From: Anaerolinea sp.
Lineage (GTDB): Bacteria > Chloroflexota > Anaerolineae > SpSt-313
DNA: 57,967 nt
Direction of reading: 5' to 3'
Assembly (NCBI GenBank): GCA_020725765.1
Contig: DYEI01000123.1
Span: forward strand, 1 to 57,967
The notes under the pieces were generated by a model. That model was not told where the DNA came from. It ran no database searches and worked only from the letters and a program-made list of their open reading frames with translations. A program made the translations under genes and the position numbers. This document shows, one piece after another, positions 27,366-36,753 of the stretch (positions within the stretch are counted from its first letter, which is position 1; the number at the start of each line of letters is the position of its first letter).

Positions 27366-28382
27366 TCAGTAGGTCAGGCTCGCCATGACGAGCGCAGTAG
27401 CCGATCTGGCTTCCGCTGCGGACAGCGGACGAGGGTAGTTGTAGAGGGGACCGCCCGGCCGCTCGTTGTAGAAGGGGCGGTTACATCCGGAGCACCCCGA
27501 CGTGCGGTAAGCTTCTCCCGTGTGGAGCACCTCCTCCAGGGTTCCGGCGGGTAGGCCGTAGGAAGCTATCTCGCCCTGCGCTGAGTAGCGGAACCGTTCC
27601 GCCCGCGCCAGGCCGTTCACGATGAGGTACCGCGCCACCTGGCAGCGCCTGTAGCTTACTTCCGAGGGCGGCTGCTCGCGCTCCAGCGCCGTGCCTGGGA
27701 CTGGCGTAAAGGCAAAAAGCGCTGTCAGGACCCCCAGGTCGTGCATCTCCTGGAGAAGCGCTGCAACCTCAGCTTCGGTCTCACCCAGGCCGACGATAAT
27801 GTGCGTGCCTACGCGCCCGGGATACGCCCGCGCCGCCTCTCGCAGGAGGGCAAGGGTCTTCTCCCAATGGCGCCCTTTCACCCGATTATACACATGCTCG
27901 CTGGCCGCGTCCAATGCCAGGGTCACGCGCTCGACCCCGAGGGCAAGCAGCTCGCCCATCTCCTCCCGACGACTCACCCGCGTGCAGACGCACAGCGGGA
28001 GTGCCGCCTCTCGCCGGATGGCGCGGACGACCGCGCGCGTACGGGCAGCGTGACCGGGGGCGGCGACAACCTGAAGGCAACAGCGAACGATTGCACCCGA
28101 GGCATAGGCGGGCGCCAGTCGCGGGACGACCGTCGCCAGCGGATACTTCGGCCAGATGACCCTCGAAAGCTGGTCCGCTGGCGCACTGCTCGCCCGCGCC
28201 TGGGCGCAGAAGGCACAATCGAGCGAGCATCGCTCACCCAGCATGAGGTACACCGTTGTCGGGGGTACCTCCATGCGAAGCGAGGCCAGCCCGAGGACCG
28301 CTGCCGACCCCGAGGATACGCGCACGTCCAGACCGTCATCCGGCGCCGTGTCGCCTAGAGTACACAACATTCGTCGCCCCAT
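27366..28382 (-). CDS. Radical SAM protein (BioB/LipS-like; candidate split lipoyl synthase subunit)
   Basis: 338 aa with the CSLDCAFC (CxxxCxxC) cluster motif, GLGETEAEV, and a C-terminal CSGCN cysteine pair. It lies directly upstream of gcvT on the same strand. Confidence 0.6.
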   Translation of the reverse strand: MGRRMLCTLGDTAPDDGLDVRVSSGSAAVLGLASLRMEVPPTTVYLMLGERCSLDCAFCAQARASSAPADQLSRVIWPKYPLATVVPRLAPAYASGAIVRCCLQVVAAPGHAARTRAVVRAIRREAALPLCVCTRVSRREEMGELLALGVERVTLALDAASEHVYNRVKGRHWEKTLALLREAARAYPGRVGTHIIVGLGETEAEVAALLQEMHDLGVLTALFAFTPVPGTALEREQPPSEVSYRRCQVARYLIVNGLARAERFRYSAQGEIASYGLPAGTLEEVLHTGEAYRTSGCSGCNRPFYNERPGGPLYNYPRPLSAAEARSATALVMASLTY

Positions 28383-29236
28383 TCGATGCGCAGCCCCAGC
28401 CGCTGCGCCGCCAGGACTGCGGCCCGGGCCGGGTTCACGATGCTGTTTAGCCCTACCTCCACTGCGAGGGGATCGAGTTGCTCGCGATACTCCCCGCCCG
28501 GACGCATGCAGCCAAGGCGCACCGGCACGTCAGGAAAGCGCACCCGGGCCTCTGCGAGGAGATCGACAACCTCACCGATTGATGGTGGCTCGCACCCGGC
28601 ATACGCCGTCCCTGGCGTAGGGATGAAGACGATGAGCACCAGCGCCTCAGCGCCCAGGGATCGAAGGAGCTCCAGAGCGCGCCGCTCGCCCCGAACCCGT
28701 CCCCTATAGAGCCCGATGGTGAGGTGCGGCACGACGCGAGCGTGCCGGCGCAGCATCTCGTAGCAGGCCACATAGTCGCCTACGGTCTTGTCGAGGCCGT
28801 ACACCTCCCGGATCGTGTCATCGTCGCCCACAAAGTCAAAGCTGATGACGTGTGCATAGGGCCGGATGGCCAGCATGGTAGCCTCATCGATCAGACCCAC
28901 ATGCCAGTTCAGGCGCCTGCCCGCAGCCAGCCGCGCGATCTCCTCGAGGCGGGGCAACACCGGCACGCGCCCCTCGCGATCGCAACCACCCGAGATGAGC
29001 AGGCTGCGCGCCCGGCCAAGTGCGGGATCGTCGAGTGTGCGCATCCCGGCCAGATAGTGGCCGTTACAGTGTGCACACCGCAGCGCACAGACCGTTCCGG
29101 TGACACTCACCGCCAGCGTGGCCGAGGGTCGCTCAAAGCGGATGTGCGGCTCAAAGAGCTCTTGCCGCACCTCCCACGCCCTGCGCCAGAGCGGATGCAC
29201 GGCGCGACTCTCCAGATCATCTCCCATGGCCTGCAT
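28355..29236 (-). CDS. Radical SAM protein (candidate split lipoyl synthase subunit)
   Basis: 293 aa with CALRCAHC (CxxxCxxC), SGGCD, and a C-terminal ECC. It overlaps the next radical-SAM gene by 28 nt. An alternative start lies at 29227. Confidence 0.6.
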   Translation of the reverse strand: MQAMGDDLESRAVHPLWRRAWEVRQELFEPHIRFERPSATLAVSVTGTVCALRCAHCNGHYLAGMRTLDDPALGRARSLLISGGCDREGRVPVLPRLEEIARLAAGRRLNWHVGLIDEATMLAIRPYAHVISFDFVGDDDTIREVYGLDKTVGDYVACYEMLRRHARVVPHLTIGLYRGRVRGERRALELLRSLGAEALVLIVFIPTPGTAYAGCEPPSIGEVVDLLAEARVRFPDVPVRLGCMRPGGEYREQLDPLAVEVGLNSIVNPARAAVLAAQRLGLRIEWGDECCVL

Positions 29237-29250
29237 GCCTCACCGCGTCC

Positions 29251-29279
29251 ATTCTACGCCACACCGGGCAAACCATCAA
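29251..29279 (-). promoter_or_regulatory. Candidate promoter of the radical-SAM/gcv operon
   Basis: On the minus strand: TTGATG, 17-bp spacer, TAGAAT. The leader is very short. Confidence 0.45.
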
Positions 29280-29320
29280 AAACCGGTCGGACTCCGCCGG
29301 TTCTGCCCTCTAAAGAAGCC

Positions 29321-29349
29321 TTGACAGCAACTCCCATCTGGGCTACACT
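29321..29349 (+). promoter_or_regulatory. Candidate promoter of the acyltransferase/GT4/phosphatidyltransferase operon
   Basis: TTGACA (29321-29326), 17-bp spacer, TACACT (29344-29349). Confidence 0.55.
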
Positions 29350-29427
29350 GCGCGCGCCGGCGCGGCGGAGATCAGGGTGGTCCGCCTTCCATGCGCCGGT
29401 CAGCACGGAAAAGAGGTAGCCTCCTTC

Positions 29428-30357
29428 ATGGTCTGGGACGGTCTAACCTACTACCTGTTCCGCGCTGCAGGTGCACTCGCGCCGCACATACCGGCATCTG
29501 TCGGCTACCGTCTCGCAGAGCGGCTCGGTGCGCTGGTCTACCGGGTGTCTCCGCTGCGCTGCCACGTAGAGGACAATGTCTCGCACGTCCTCGGCGAGCC
29601 CTCGGGCTCGCCGCGCGTGAGAGAGATCGCCCGACGCATCTACGGCAACCAGGTCAAGAACTACTTCGACCTCCTGCGCGTGCCGGCTCTGGACGAGGAA
29701 GATATCCGCACCAGCGTGCGCACGCTGGTCGGCCTGGAGCACCTCGATGCAGCCCTCGCGCGCGGGCGTGGCGTCGTGCTCACGAGTGCCCACTTTGGCA
29801 ACTTTGACCTCGCGGGACAGATACTGGCGCTGCGTGGCTACCGGGTCATCGCCATCGCCGAGCATCTGCGGCCCGAGCGGCTGTTCGACTACGTCCGCCG
29901 GGCCCGGGAGAGCCATGGCTTGTCCTTCATCCCAATCGATAGCTGGCTGCGCCCGGTCTTCCGCGCCCTGCACGGCAACGCGGTTGTGGGCTCGGCCCTC
30001 GACCGCAACGTCACGGATGCAGGGCGCCTCGTCGATTTCCTGGGCGGGCCGGCTCGGGTCCCAGACGGGTATGCCAGGCTTGCCCTCCGCACCGGAGCAG
30101 GGCTCGTCGTAGCCTTCTGCCGACGCTCGCCAGACAACGCTTTTCATATCGTCGTCGAGCCCGAGATACCGCTCGAGCGCACGTCTGACCCGGAGCGCGA
30201 CGTCGAGAATGCGGTACGCAAGGTGCTCTCCATCTTTGCCAGGTACGTGTCTCGCTATCCCGATCAGTGGGTCTACTTTCAGCCGCTGTGGCTCCCGGAT
30301 GGGGGCATCTCCCTCCCAGGGGGCCACCGGCGCGGTGAGACCATTCGTAGTGGTTGA
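29428..30357 (+). CDS. Lysophospholipid (HtrB/PatA-like) acyltransferase
   Basis: Contains the TSAHFGNFD (HX4D-like) motif and has an LPLAT/lauroyl-acyltransferase family layout. Confidence 0.7.
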   Translation: MVWDGLTYYLFRAAGALAPHIPASVGYRLAERLGALVYRVSPLRCHVEDNVSHVLGEPSGSPRVREIARRIYGNQVKNYFDLLRVPALDEEDIRTSVRTLVGLEHLDAALARGRGVVLTSAHFGNFDLAGQILALRGYRVIAIAEHLRPERLFDYVRRARESHGLSFIPIDSWLRPVFRALHGNAVVGSALDRNVTDAGRLVDFLGGPARVPDGYARLALRTGAGLVVAFCRRSPDNAFHIVVEPEIPLERTSDPERDVENAVRKVLSIFARYVSRYPDQWVYFQPLWLPDGGISLPGGHRRGETIRSG

Positions 30358-31514
30358 GGAGGCAACGGTTGAGGATCGCGCTGGTCTCACCTTACGATTA
30401 CCCCTATCCCGGCGGTGTGACGGAGCACATCGCTGCTCTCGACCGCGTGTTCCGCCAGTGGGGCCATGAAGTCTGGGTGCTCGCCACTTCGAGCAAGAAT
30501 GAGGAAGAGCTCCACAGCAATGTCCTCAAGGTCGCAGGCGGAGTCTTTCCTCTGCCATCGAGCGGGTCTGTGGCGCGAGTGTCCCTGTCGCCGCGGGCAT
30601 ACCGGCGGGTGAAGAGCATCCTCCGCGAGATGAGCTTTGAGGTTGTGCATCTGCACGAGCCACTCATGCCGCTGCTGCCCCTCGCCGTCCTCCGGCACTC
30701 GCACTCGCTCAACGTTGGGACATTCCATGCCTACCGCGAGGACAGTCACCCCGGCTATGAGTACGGCCGACATCTCCTGCAGCCCTTCTTCGATCGGCTC
30801 GATGGCAGGATAGCCGTCTCCGAAGCCGCGCGGGACGCGATCTGGCGCTACTTCCCCGCAGACTATACGATCATCCCCAACGGGATAGACTACGAGTTCT
30901 ACAGCCGTGAGGTCGAGCCGCTCCCTGAGTATGGCGAGGGCCGGCCCACTATCCTCTTTTTCGGGCGCCTTGAGAAGCGCAAGGGCTTTGAGTACCTGCT
31001 GCGCGCCTTCGGGCGGGTGCGCAAACACATCCCCAACGCGCAGCTCCTCGTAGCCGGAGCCTACAGCAGGGAGGACAGGGAGCCCTACGTGCTCGAAGCC
31101 CGCCGGGAGGGCATCCATGGTGTCCGCTTCCTCGGGTTCATTCCCCACGAGGAAAAGCCCCGCTGCTTTCGATCCTGCGACGTCTTCTGCGCACCCTCAA
31201 CCGGGTTCGAGAGCTTTGGCATCGTGCTCCTCGAGGCCATGGCGGCGGGCCGTCCGGTCGTGGCCTCCAACATCCCTGGCTACCGAAGCGTGTTGACGCA
31301 CGGGCGGGAGGGACTCCTCGTGCAACCCGCCGACCCCGAGGGGCTTGCCGACGCGCTGATCCGCCTCCTGGAGGATCCGGCGGAGCGAGCTCGCATGGGC
31401 GCCTGCGGGCAGGAGACTGCGCGGGGCCTCGCTTGGGACAGGGTCGCACGCCGCGTCATGGACTACTATCTCCAGCTGTTGGATGGAAAGGCACCCTGCA
31501 CAGATGCTCAGTGA
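30354..31514 (+). CDS. GT4 glycosyltransferase, PimA-like
   Basis: 386 aa with the N-terminus IALVSPYDYPYPGGV.EH and a C-terminal EsFGIVLLEAMAaGrPVVAS (GT-B retaining motif). Confidence 0.75.
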   Translation: MRRQRLRIALVSPYDYPYPGGVTEHIAALDRVFRQWGHEVWVLATSSKNEEELHSNVLKVAGGVFPLPSSGSVARVSLSPRAYRRVKSILREMSFEVVHLHEPLMPLLPLAVLRHSHSLNVGTFHAYREDSHPGYEYGRHLLQPFFDRLDGRIAVSEAARDAIWRYFPADYTIIPNGIDYEFYSREVEPLPEYGEGRPTILFFGRLEKRKGFEYLLRAFGRVRKHIPNAQLLVAGAYSREDREPYVLEARREGIHGVRFLGFIPHEEKPRCFRSCDVFCAPSTGFESFGIVLLEAMAAGRPVVASNIPGYRSVLTHGREGLLVQPADPEGLADALIRLLEDPAERARMGACGQETARGLAWDRVARRVMDYYLQLLDGKAPCTDAQ

Positions 31515-32115
31515 CCATTTGCGCCGCTACACGCGCTGGCTCGTCGAGCCCATTGCGCGTGCGCTTCACCGTCTCGGAGTCACGCCGAACGCACTCACGG
31601 TCATCGGGTTCCTCCTCAGCCTGGTCAATGCCTGGCTCCTGGCCAGCGGTCGCCTGCGACTGGCAGGGGCGCTCATCCTGCTATTCTCAGCGCTGGATGC
31701 CTTTGATGGAGCGCTCGCTCGCGTCTCAGGGCAGGCCACGCGCTTCGGCGCCTTCCTGGACTCGGTGCTCGATCGCTTCTCGGAGGGCGCCCTCTTCTTT
31801 GGGCTGCTCGTGTATTTCGCCCTCGCCGACAACCGCGAAGGGCTCTACCTGACGTACATCGCCCTCCTCGGCTCCCAACTCGTCAGCTACACCCGGGCAC
31901 GCGCCGAAGGCCTCGGACTCCGTTGCCAGGAGGGCTGGTTCACCCGCGTAGAGCGCATCCTCGTGCTCGCCGCGGGGCTCCTCCTCGGTCTGCTGCAGCC
32001 AGTGCTCTGGGTGCTGGCCATCCTCACCAACGTGACCGCCTTGCAGCGGATGGCGCTGGTCTACCGGCTCACGCGGAGCGATTCGCCCGGCGGCACCGGC
32101 ACTGCCGGAGGTTAG
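31483..32115 (+). CDS. CDP-alcohol phosphatidyltransferase
   Basis: DAFDGALAR(x8)G(x3)DSVLDR matches D(x2)DG(x2)AR...G(x3)D(x3)D. An alternative start lies at 31504. Confidence 0.85.
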   Translation: MERHPAQMLSDHLRRYTRWLVEPIARALHRLGVTPNALTVIGFLLSLVNAWLLASGRLRLAGALILLFSALDAFDGALARVSGQATRFGAFLDSVLDRFSEGALFFGLLVYFALADNREGLYLTYIALLGSQLVSYTRARAEGLGLRCQEGWFTRVERILVLAAGLLLGLLQPVLWVLAILTNVTALQRMALVYRLTRSDSPGGTGTAGG

Positions 32116-32239
32116 CCCGGGCAGCGTCACCCGCATCCGGAGCTTGACACCTCTTCTACCCCATGCTACACTCGCCGCATGTCGACCGGTTTCCGCCTCC
32201 AGATGCCGCGAGAGAGCCGGCCTAGTGAGGAAACCTGCC

Positions 32240-33265
32240 GTGCACCGATGTGTACGCCGCTTTCGACTGCTGGCTTCGCTGGCAGCCGTGCTGGCCATGG
32301 TGGCACTCCCGGCCACCGCCACCGGCTGCAGTGGGCTCCCGCTGCTCGCCCCGGCGACGGCCACGCCCACACCCACCGCAACCCCCACGCTGACCCCCAC
32401 CGCCACCGGCACCCCCACGGCCACGCCGACGGCGACGGCGACACCAACCGCTACTGCGGCGCCGCTTTCCCTCTCGATACGCCTCGAGCCGGAGGTCGTG
32501 CCACAGGGAGAGATCGGCACCCTGATCGTGGAGCCAAGCAGACCGGTGACCGTTTCGGCCACCCTCGCTGGAAAGCCTCTGCCTCTGTTTTACGATGGCG
32601 GGCGCTGGTATGGCCTGATCGGCATCTGGGCAGGCAGCAAGCCGGCAACGTGGTCGCTCCTCGTGACGGCGGAGGACCCGCACGGCGGCTCGCCGGCCGT
32701 TGAGGAGCGAGCCCTGCGGATCAGCTCGCGCGCGTTCGAGATCGAGAGGGTCGACATGGAGGATTCGACCCTGGACCTCGTGCTCGACACGGAGGCCCTC
32801 GCCAGAGAGAACAGCCTGATCGCGGGGATTGTGTCACAGCGCTCTCCCGAGCGACTGTGGCAGGGTCGCTTCATGCTACCCGTGCAGGGCGAGATATCGT
32901 CGACCTATGGGATGTTGCGTAGCTACAACGGCGGCCCGCCGACCGACCAGCATGGCGGGCTCGATCTCGCTGCGGACGAAGGAGTCCCGGTAGCAGCCGC
33001 CAACGCCGGGCGTGTCGTCCTATCACGCCCACTGAAGGTTCGCGGCAACATCGTCATCATTGACCACGGCTGGGGCCTGTTCACAGGCTATTATCACCTG
33101 AGCGCCCTCAAGGTAGAGGCCGGCCAGTACGTCCAGCAGGGTCAGACCATCGGCCTGGTCGGCTCGACGGGCTTTTCCACGGGCCCGCACCTGCACTGGG
33201 CCGTCTGGGTGGGTGGGAACCTTGTCGACCCGGCCCGCCTCCTGGAGTGGCAGCTGCCAGACTAG
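32240..33265 (+). CDS. M23 family metallopeptidase, probable lipoprotein with Thr/Pro-rich linker
   Basis: GTG start after GAGGAA. Signal peptide with the ATGC lipobox, a (T/A)PT repeat linker, an HGGLD motif, and [13 protein letters not shown]. Confidence 0.8.
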   Translation: MHRCVRRFRLLASLAAVLAMVALPATATGCSGLPLLAPATATPTPTATPTLTPTATGTPTATPTATATPTATAAPLSLSIRLEPEVVPQGEIGTLIVEPSRPVTVSATLAGKPLPLFYDGGRWYGLIGIWAGSKPATWSLLVTAEDPHGGSPAVEERALRISSRAFEIERVDMEDSTLDLVLDTEALARENSLIAGIVSQRSPERLWQGRFMLPVQGEISSTYGMLRSYNGGPPTDQHGGLDLAADEGVPVAAANAGRVVLSRPLKVRGNIVIIDHGWGLFTGYYHLSALKVEAGQYVQQGQTIGLVGSTGFSTGPHLHWAVWVGGNLVDPARLLEWQLPD

Positions 33266-33303
33266 AGGCGACCCGCCTTCAGGGCGCGCGGGAAGGAGGC
33301 ACT

Positions 33304-33825
33304 ATGTCCCGCGAAGAGCATCATCCTCTGGTCAACCTGGCGAGGCAGACCATAGAGACCTACGTCCGCGAGGGCCGGCAGATCAGCCCTCCCATTGATC
33401 TGCCTCCCGAAGCCCGGCGCCGGGCAGGCGCATTCGTCTCACTCCACGCTCGTGGCGAGCTGCGCGGGTGCATCGGGACCATTGAGCCCACACAGCCCAA
33501 CGTGGCTCTCGAGGTCATCCACAATGCAATCATGGCCGCGACGCAGGACCCCCGCTTCCCGCCCGTGCGTCCTGCAGAGCTCGCCGACCTGGAGATCTCG
33601 GTCGACGTGTTGTCCCCTCCCGAGCCGGTCAACTCTCCCGACAGGCTCGACCCCAAGAAGTATGGGGTGATCGTGCAGAGCGGCTACCGGCGTGGCCTCC
33701 TTCTCCCCGATCTGGAGGGAATCGACACGGTGGACTGCCAGATCGACATCGCCCGCCGCAAGGCCGGCATAGGGCCGAACGAGCCGATCAGGCTCTACCG
33801 CTTCACAGTTGAGCGGTACCACTGA
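33304..33825 (+). CDS. AMMECR1 domain protein
   Basis: [16 protein letters not shown] and DPRFPPV motifs. GGAAGGAGG RBS. Confidence 0.85.
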   Translation: MSREEHHPLVNLARQTIETYVREGRQISPPIDLPPEARRRAGAFVSLHARGELRGCIGTIEPTQPNVALEVIHNAIMAATQDPRFPPVRPAELADLEISVDVLSPPEPVNSPDRLDPKKYGVIVQSGYRRGLLLPDLEGIDTVDCQIDIARRKAGIGPNEPIRLYRFTVERYH

Positions 33826-33906
33826 CGTGGCTTGTCCCGGACCTTGGCTGCCGGCACCCGACGCAGCGTAAGGCTCCGTCGGGTGCTGTTCCCCGAAAAG
33901 CGCGAC

Positions 33907-34692
33907 CTACGCACCCGGCTCCAGAACCTGCACCGGGACCTTGCACCCATCGCGGAAGCGCTCCGCGTCCTGCCGGCTCCCCACAATGCGGCCCCAGTGC
34001 ATGGGCACCGCCACGCCCGGCCGCATGGCGTTGGCCGCAGCCGCCGCCTCGCTCGCCGTCATAGTGTACTTGCCACCCACGGGCAGAAGCGCCACATCCA
34101 CCTGCAGGGAGTCCATCTCGGGGATATGATCGCTGTCGCCGGCGTGGTAGATGCGCACCCCATTCACCGTGACGATATAGCCGACCCACCCGTTCTGCCT
34201 GGGATGGAAGGGCTTGTCCAGGTTGTAGGAAGGCACAGCCTCCACCGGGACGCCCTGCACGGTGATCTTGTCCCCGGGTTTGACCACGACCACGTCTCCG
34301 CCGAGCTTGGCGACGCAGTCGGCGGTCGCAACCACCGTAGTGTTGGGGCCGCGGATCCGGCTCACGTCCTCCGGCGAGCAGTGATCGTGATGCTCATGAG
34401 TGATGAGAATTATGTCCGCCGGCACCGCATCCTTCAGCTGCCACGGATCAATGTAGATGGTCTTGCCGTCGCCGATCCTGAACGATGCGTGCCCCAGCCA
34501 GTGTACATTCTCCAGCATTGCTACCGCCTCCTCTGCTGTGGTAGTGGCCCGCACGCCGCCCGCCGGCGCAGAGGGTGGAGCCTGCGAGGCCGAATCTTCC
34601 CGAGGGCCGCCCCCCGCACAGGCTGCCACAAGTGCCGCAGCGGCGACCAGGGCCACAAGGAGAAAAGCCCACAGGTGTAGCCGCTCGACCAT
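33907..34692 (-). CDS. Secreted or lipoprotein MBL-fold hydrolase
   Basis: The start at 34692 has a GAGGAGGG RBS. The protein has a signal peptide with LVAAC and the ITHEHHDHC motif. Confidence 0.75.
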   Translation of the reverse strand: MVERLHLWAFLLVALVAAAALVAACAGGGPREDSASQAPPSAPAGGVRATTTAEEAVAMLENVHWLGHASFRIGDGKTIYIDPWQLKDAVPADIILITHEHHDHCSPEDVSRIRGPNTTVVATADCVAKLGGDVVVVKPGDKITVQGVPVEAVPSYNLDKPFHPRQNGWVGYIVTVNGVRIYHAGDSDHIPEMDSLQVDVALLPVGGKYTMTASEAAAAANAMRPGVAVPMHWGRIVGSRQDAERFRDGCKVPVQVLEPGA

Positions 34693-34903
34693 CGCGCCCT
34701 CCTCTGCGGCCATCGTACCACACCTATCCGCCCCCGTCAAAGATGTGGTCCAATGACGGTGCGCACACTTGGTCTCGGGCGGCGGTGGCGCTCCGGGCGC
34801 GCCTACCGCCCGATGTCCACATCGAGTCGTCTCTTTTTGCGCTCCTGCGCCCCCTGTGGTAAGCTCAGGCCCTGGTACACTTGACACAGACGAGACGGAC
34901 GCT

Positions 34904-36349
34904 ATGGACACATCCCAACCTACCCCGAGGCCTACAGGCGAGCTCCTTGCCTCCCTGCCACCACCCTGGCCGGACAATCCTCTGCCCGACCCCAAGGAGC
35001 ACTTGCCGCATCTCGATCGGAAGGTCGTCGTGCTGGATGACGACCCCACGGGCACGCAGACCGTGCACGGGGTGCCAATCCTCGCCGGATGGGCCATCTC
35101 TGAGCTCACCGAGGCCCTCCGCGAGCCGGGAACGACCTTCTACGTCCTCACCAACTCGCGCAGTCTCCCCGAGGGCGAGGCGGTCGCTCTCGCGCAGGAG
35201 ATTGCCAGCAATCTCGCTGCCGCCTCACGCCTCGCCGGGCGAGAGTTCGTCGTCGTGAGCCGCAGCGACTCCACCCTTCGCGGCCACTATCCGGCAGAGG
35301 TGGATGCCCTCGCCGATGTCCTGGAATCCCGGCTCGACATGCGCTTTGATGGCACCCTGATCGTGCCCTTCTTCCTCGAGGGCGGGCGCTACACTATCGG
35401 CGACGTTCACTGGGTGGCGCAGGGCGAGCAGCTTGTGCCCGCCGGAGACACCGAGTTCGCCCGCGATCCGGCCTTCGGGTACCATGAGTCGAACCTTCGC
35501 CGCTGGATTGAGGAAAAGAGCGGAGGACGCATTCCAGCTTCCCGTGTCCGCAGCATCACCCTGGAGATGCTCCGCTCCGCCGGGCCGGCTGCCGCGGCAA
35601 AAGCGCTCCTCGAAGCACGAGACCGCACCCCCATCGTGGTCAACGCAGCCGCTTACCGCGATCTGGAGGTGCTTGTTGCGGGCCTCCTGGACGCCGAGCA
35701 TGCAGGAAAGCACTTCCTATACCGCACAGCGGCATCGTTTGTGCGCGTGAGAGGTCTGATCCCCGAGCGAGGGCTCCTGTCGCCGGAGGAGCTCTACCTG
35801 CCTCACGCAGACCGCGGCCCGGGCCTCGTGGTCGTAGGCTCGCACGTGCAGAGAAGCTCGGTGCAGCTGCGCGCCCTCCTCGAGCTCCCGCGGCTGCAGG
35901 TGTTCGAGCTCTCCGTGCCGGCAGTGCTGGACGCCGCACAGCGGACGGAGGCCCTCACCGACCTGGCGAATGTCGCGGCAGCAGGTCTGCGTGCGGGCCA
36001 CGACGTGGTCATTGCCACGAGTCGCAGAGTCATCGCCGGCGCAGGCCCCGAGGACTCCCTCGCCATCGCCCGCGCCGTGTCCACGGCACTGTGCGAGCTC
36101 ACCCGCCGTGTGCTCGACCATGCGCGGCCCGCGTTCGTCGTGGCCAAAGGGGGCATCACCTCCAGCGACCTCGCAACCCGGGCGCTCGGCGTGCGCCGTG
36201 CCCTCGTGCTCGGGCAGATCCAGCCCGGAGTCCCCGTATGGAGGCTGGGCGATGAGAGCAGCCTCCCGGGTGCGCCCTACATCGTGTTCCCGGGCAATGT
36301 CGGCGGCCCCGAGACGCTGCGGCTGATCGTCGATCTGTGCCGCCCATAG
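34904..36349 (+). CDS. Four-carbon acid sugar kinase family protein (DUF1537)
   Basis: VVLDDDPTGTQTV N-terminal motif, with length and layout typical of the family. Confidence 0.75.
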   Translation: MDTSQPTPRPTGELLASLPPPWPDNPLPDPKEHLPHLDRKVVVLDDDPTGTQTVHGVPILAGWAISELTEALREPGTTFYVLTNSRSLPEGEAVALAQEIASNLAAASRLAGREFVVVSRSDSTLRGHYPAEVDALADVLESRLDMRFDGTLIVPFFLEGGRYTIGDVHWVAQGEQLVPAGDTEFARDPAFGYHESNLRRWIEEKSGGRIPASRVRSITLEMLRSAGPAAAAKALLEARDRTPIVVNAAAYRDLEVLVAGLLDAEHAGKHFLYRTAASFVRVRGLIPERGLLSPEELYLPHADRGPGLVVVGSHVQRSSVQLRALLELPRLQVFELSVPAVLDAAQRTEALTDLANVAAAGLRAGHDVVIATSRRVIAGAGPEDSLAIARAVSTALCELTRRVLDHARPAFVVAKGGITSSDLATRALGVRRALVLGQIQPGVPVWRLGDESSLPGAPYIVFPGNVGGPETLRLIVDLCRP

Positions 36350-36370
36350 GGTTCGCATCCGACCAACAAC

Positions 36371-36402
36371 ACGCAGGGGCACGGCGTTCCGTGCCCCTGC
36401 GT
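36371..36402. terminator. Hairpin between convergent genes
   Basis: ACGCAGGGGCACGG CGTT CCGTGCCCCTGCGT, a 14-bp perfect stem with no strong T-run. Confidence 0.5.
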
Positions 36403-36439
36403 GCCAGTCTCTCGGGCGAGTCAGTGCGGGTAGACGGGG

Positions 36440-36751
36440 TCACGATGGCGCAGCAGCCCTCGCGTGCCCCGGATCGTCTGGATCTACCGGCCCGACGACC
36501 TCGAACTCGCCATCGCCTGCCGGCCGCGACACGCGTACAACCCTGACCAGCAACGGCTCGCCTTTGTCCGGGACAAGCCTTGCCAGGCCTGTGTGCAGCG
36601 GGCAGAGCTCCTCCTGCAGGGAGAACTCGCCAGTGACAATCTCAAAGCCGTCGATGGCCACATCCCGCCGGAGCTTGAAGCTCACGCGCGCAACGGTATG
36701 CCCGCCCTTCTCATCGAGAAACGTCCCGACGAGCGCTTCCTCTCCCAACAT
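36440..36751 (-). CDS. Hypothetical protein, close-packed after glyQS
   Basis: 103-aa ORF starting 3 nt after the glyQS stop. I recognise no motif. Confidence 0.45.
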   Translation of the reverse strand: MLGEEALVGTFLDEKGGHTVARVSFKLRRDVAIDGFEIVTGEFSLQEELCPLHTGLARLVPDKGEPLLVRVVRVSRPAGDGEFEVVGPVDPDDPGHARAAAPS

Positions 36752-36753
36752 GG

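Noticed and set aside
29281-29305. The hairpin AACCGGTCGGACTCCGCCGGTT with an adjacent A/T run, as a possible terminator.
   Set aside because: It lies in a divergent promoter region with no gene reading into it from either side. On the minus strand it sits upstream of the -35 element, so it is probably incidental.
32330-32460. A tandem DNA repeat (ACC/GCC/CCC triplets) that could be a variable-number repeat element.
   Set aside because: It is in frame within the M23 peptidase and encodes a Thr/Ala/Pro linker between the lipoprotein signal and the catalytic region. It is therefore a low-complexity coding linker, not an independent element, although it could still be length-variable.
34693-35109. 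An N-terminal 139-aa extension of the MBL hydrolase ORF. Analogous extensions occur at 41382-41783 (aldolase), 56375-56689 (fpg), 6620-6883 (zinc ribbon), 5603-5719, 53397-53525 and 50906-51037.
   Set aside because: The extensions are compositionally non-coding. The internal starts have good RBSs and give canonical N-termini (signal peptide, Fpg Pro2, and so on). In two cases a promoter lies inside the supposed extension.
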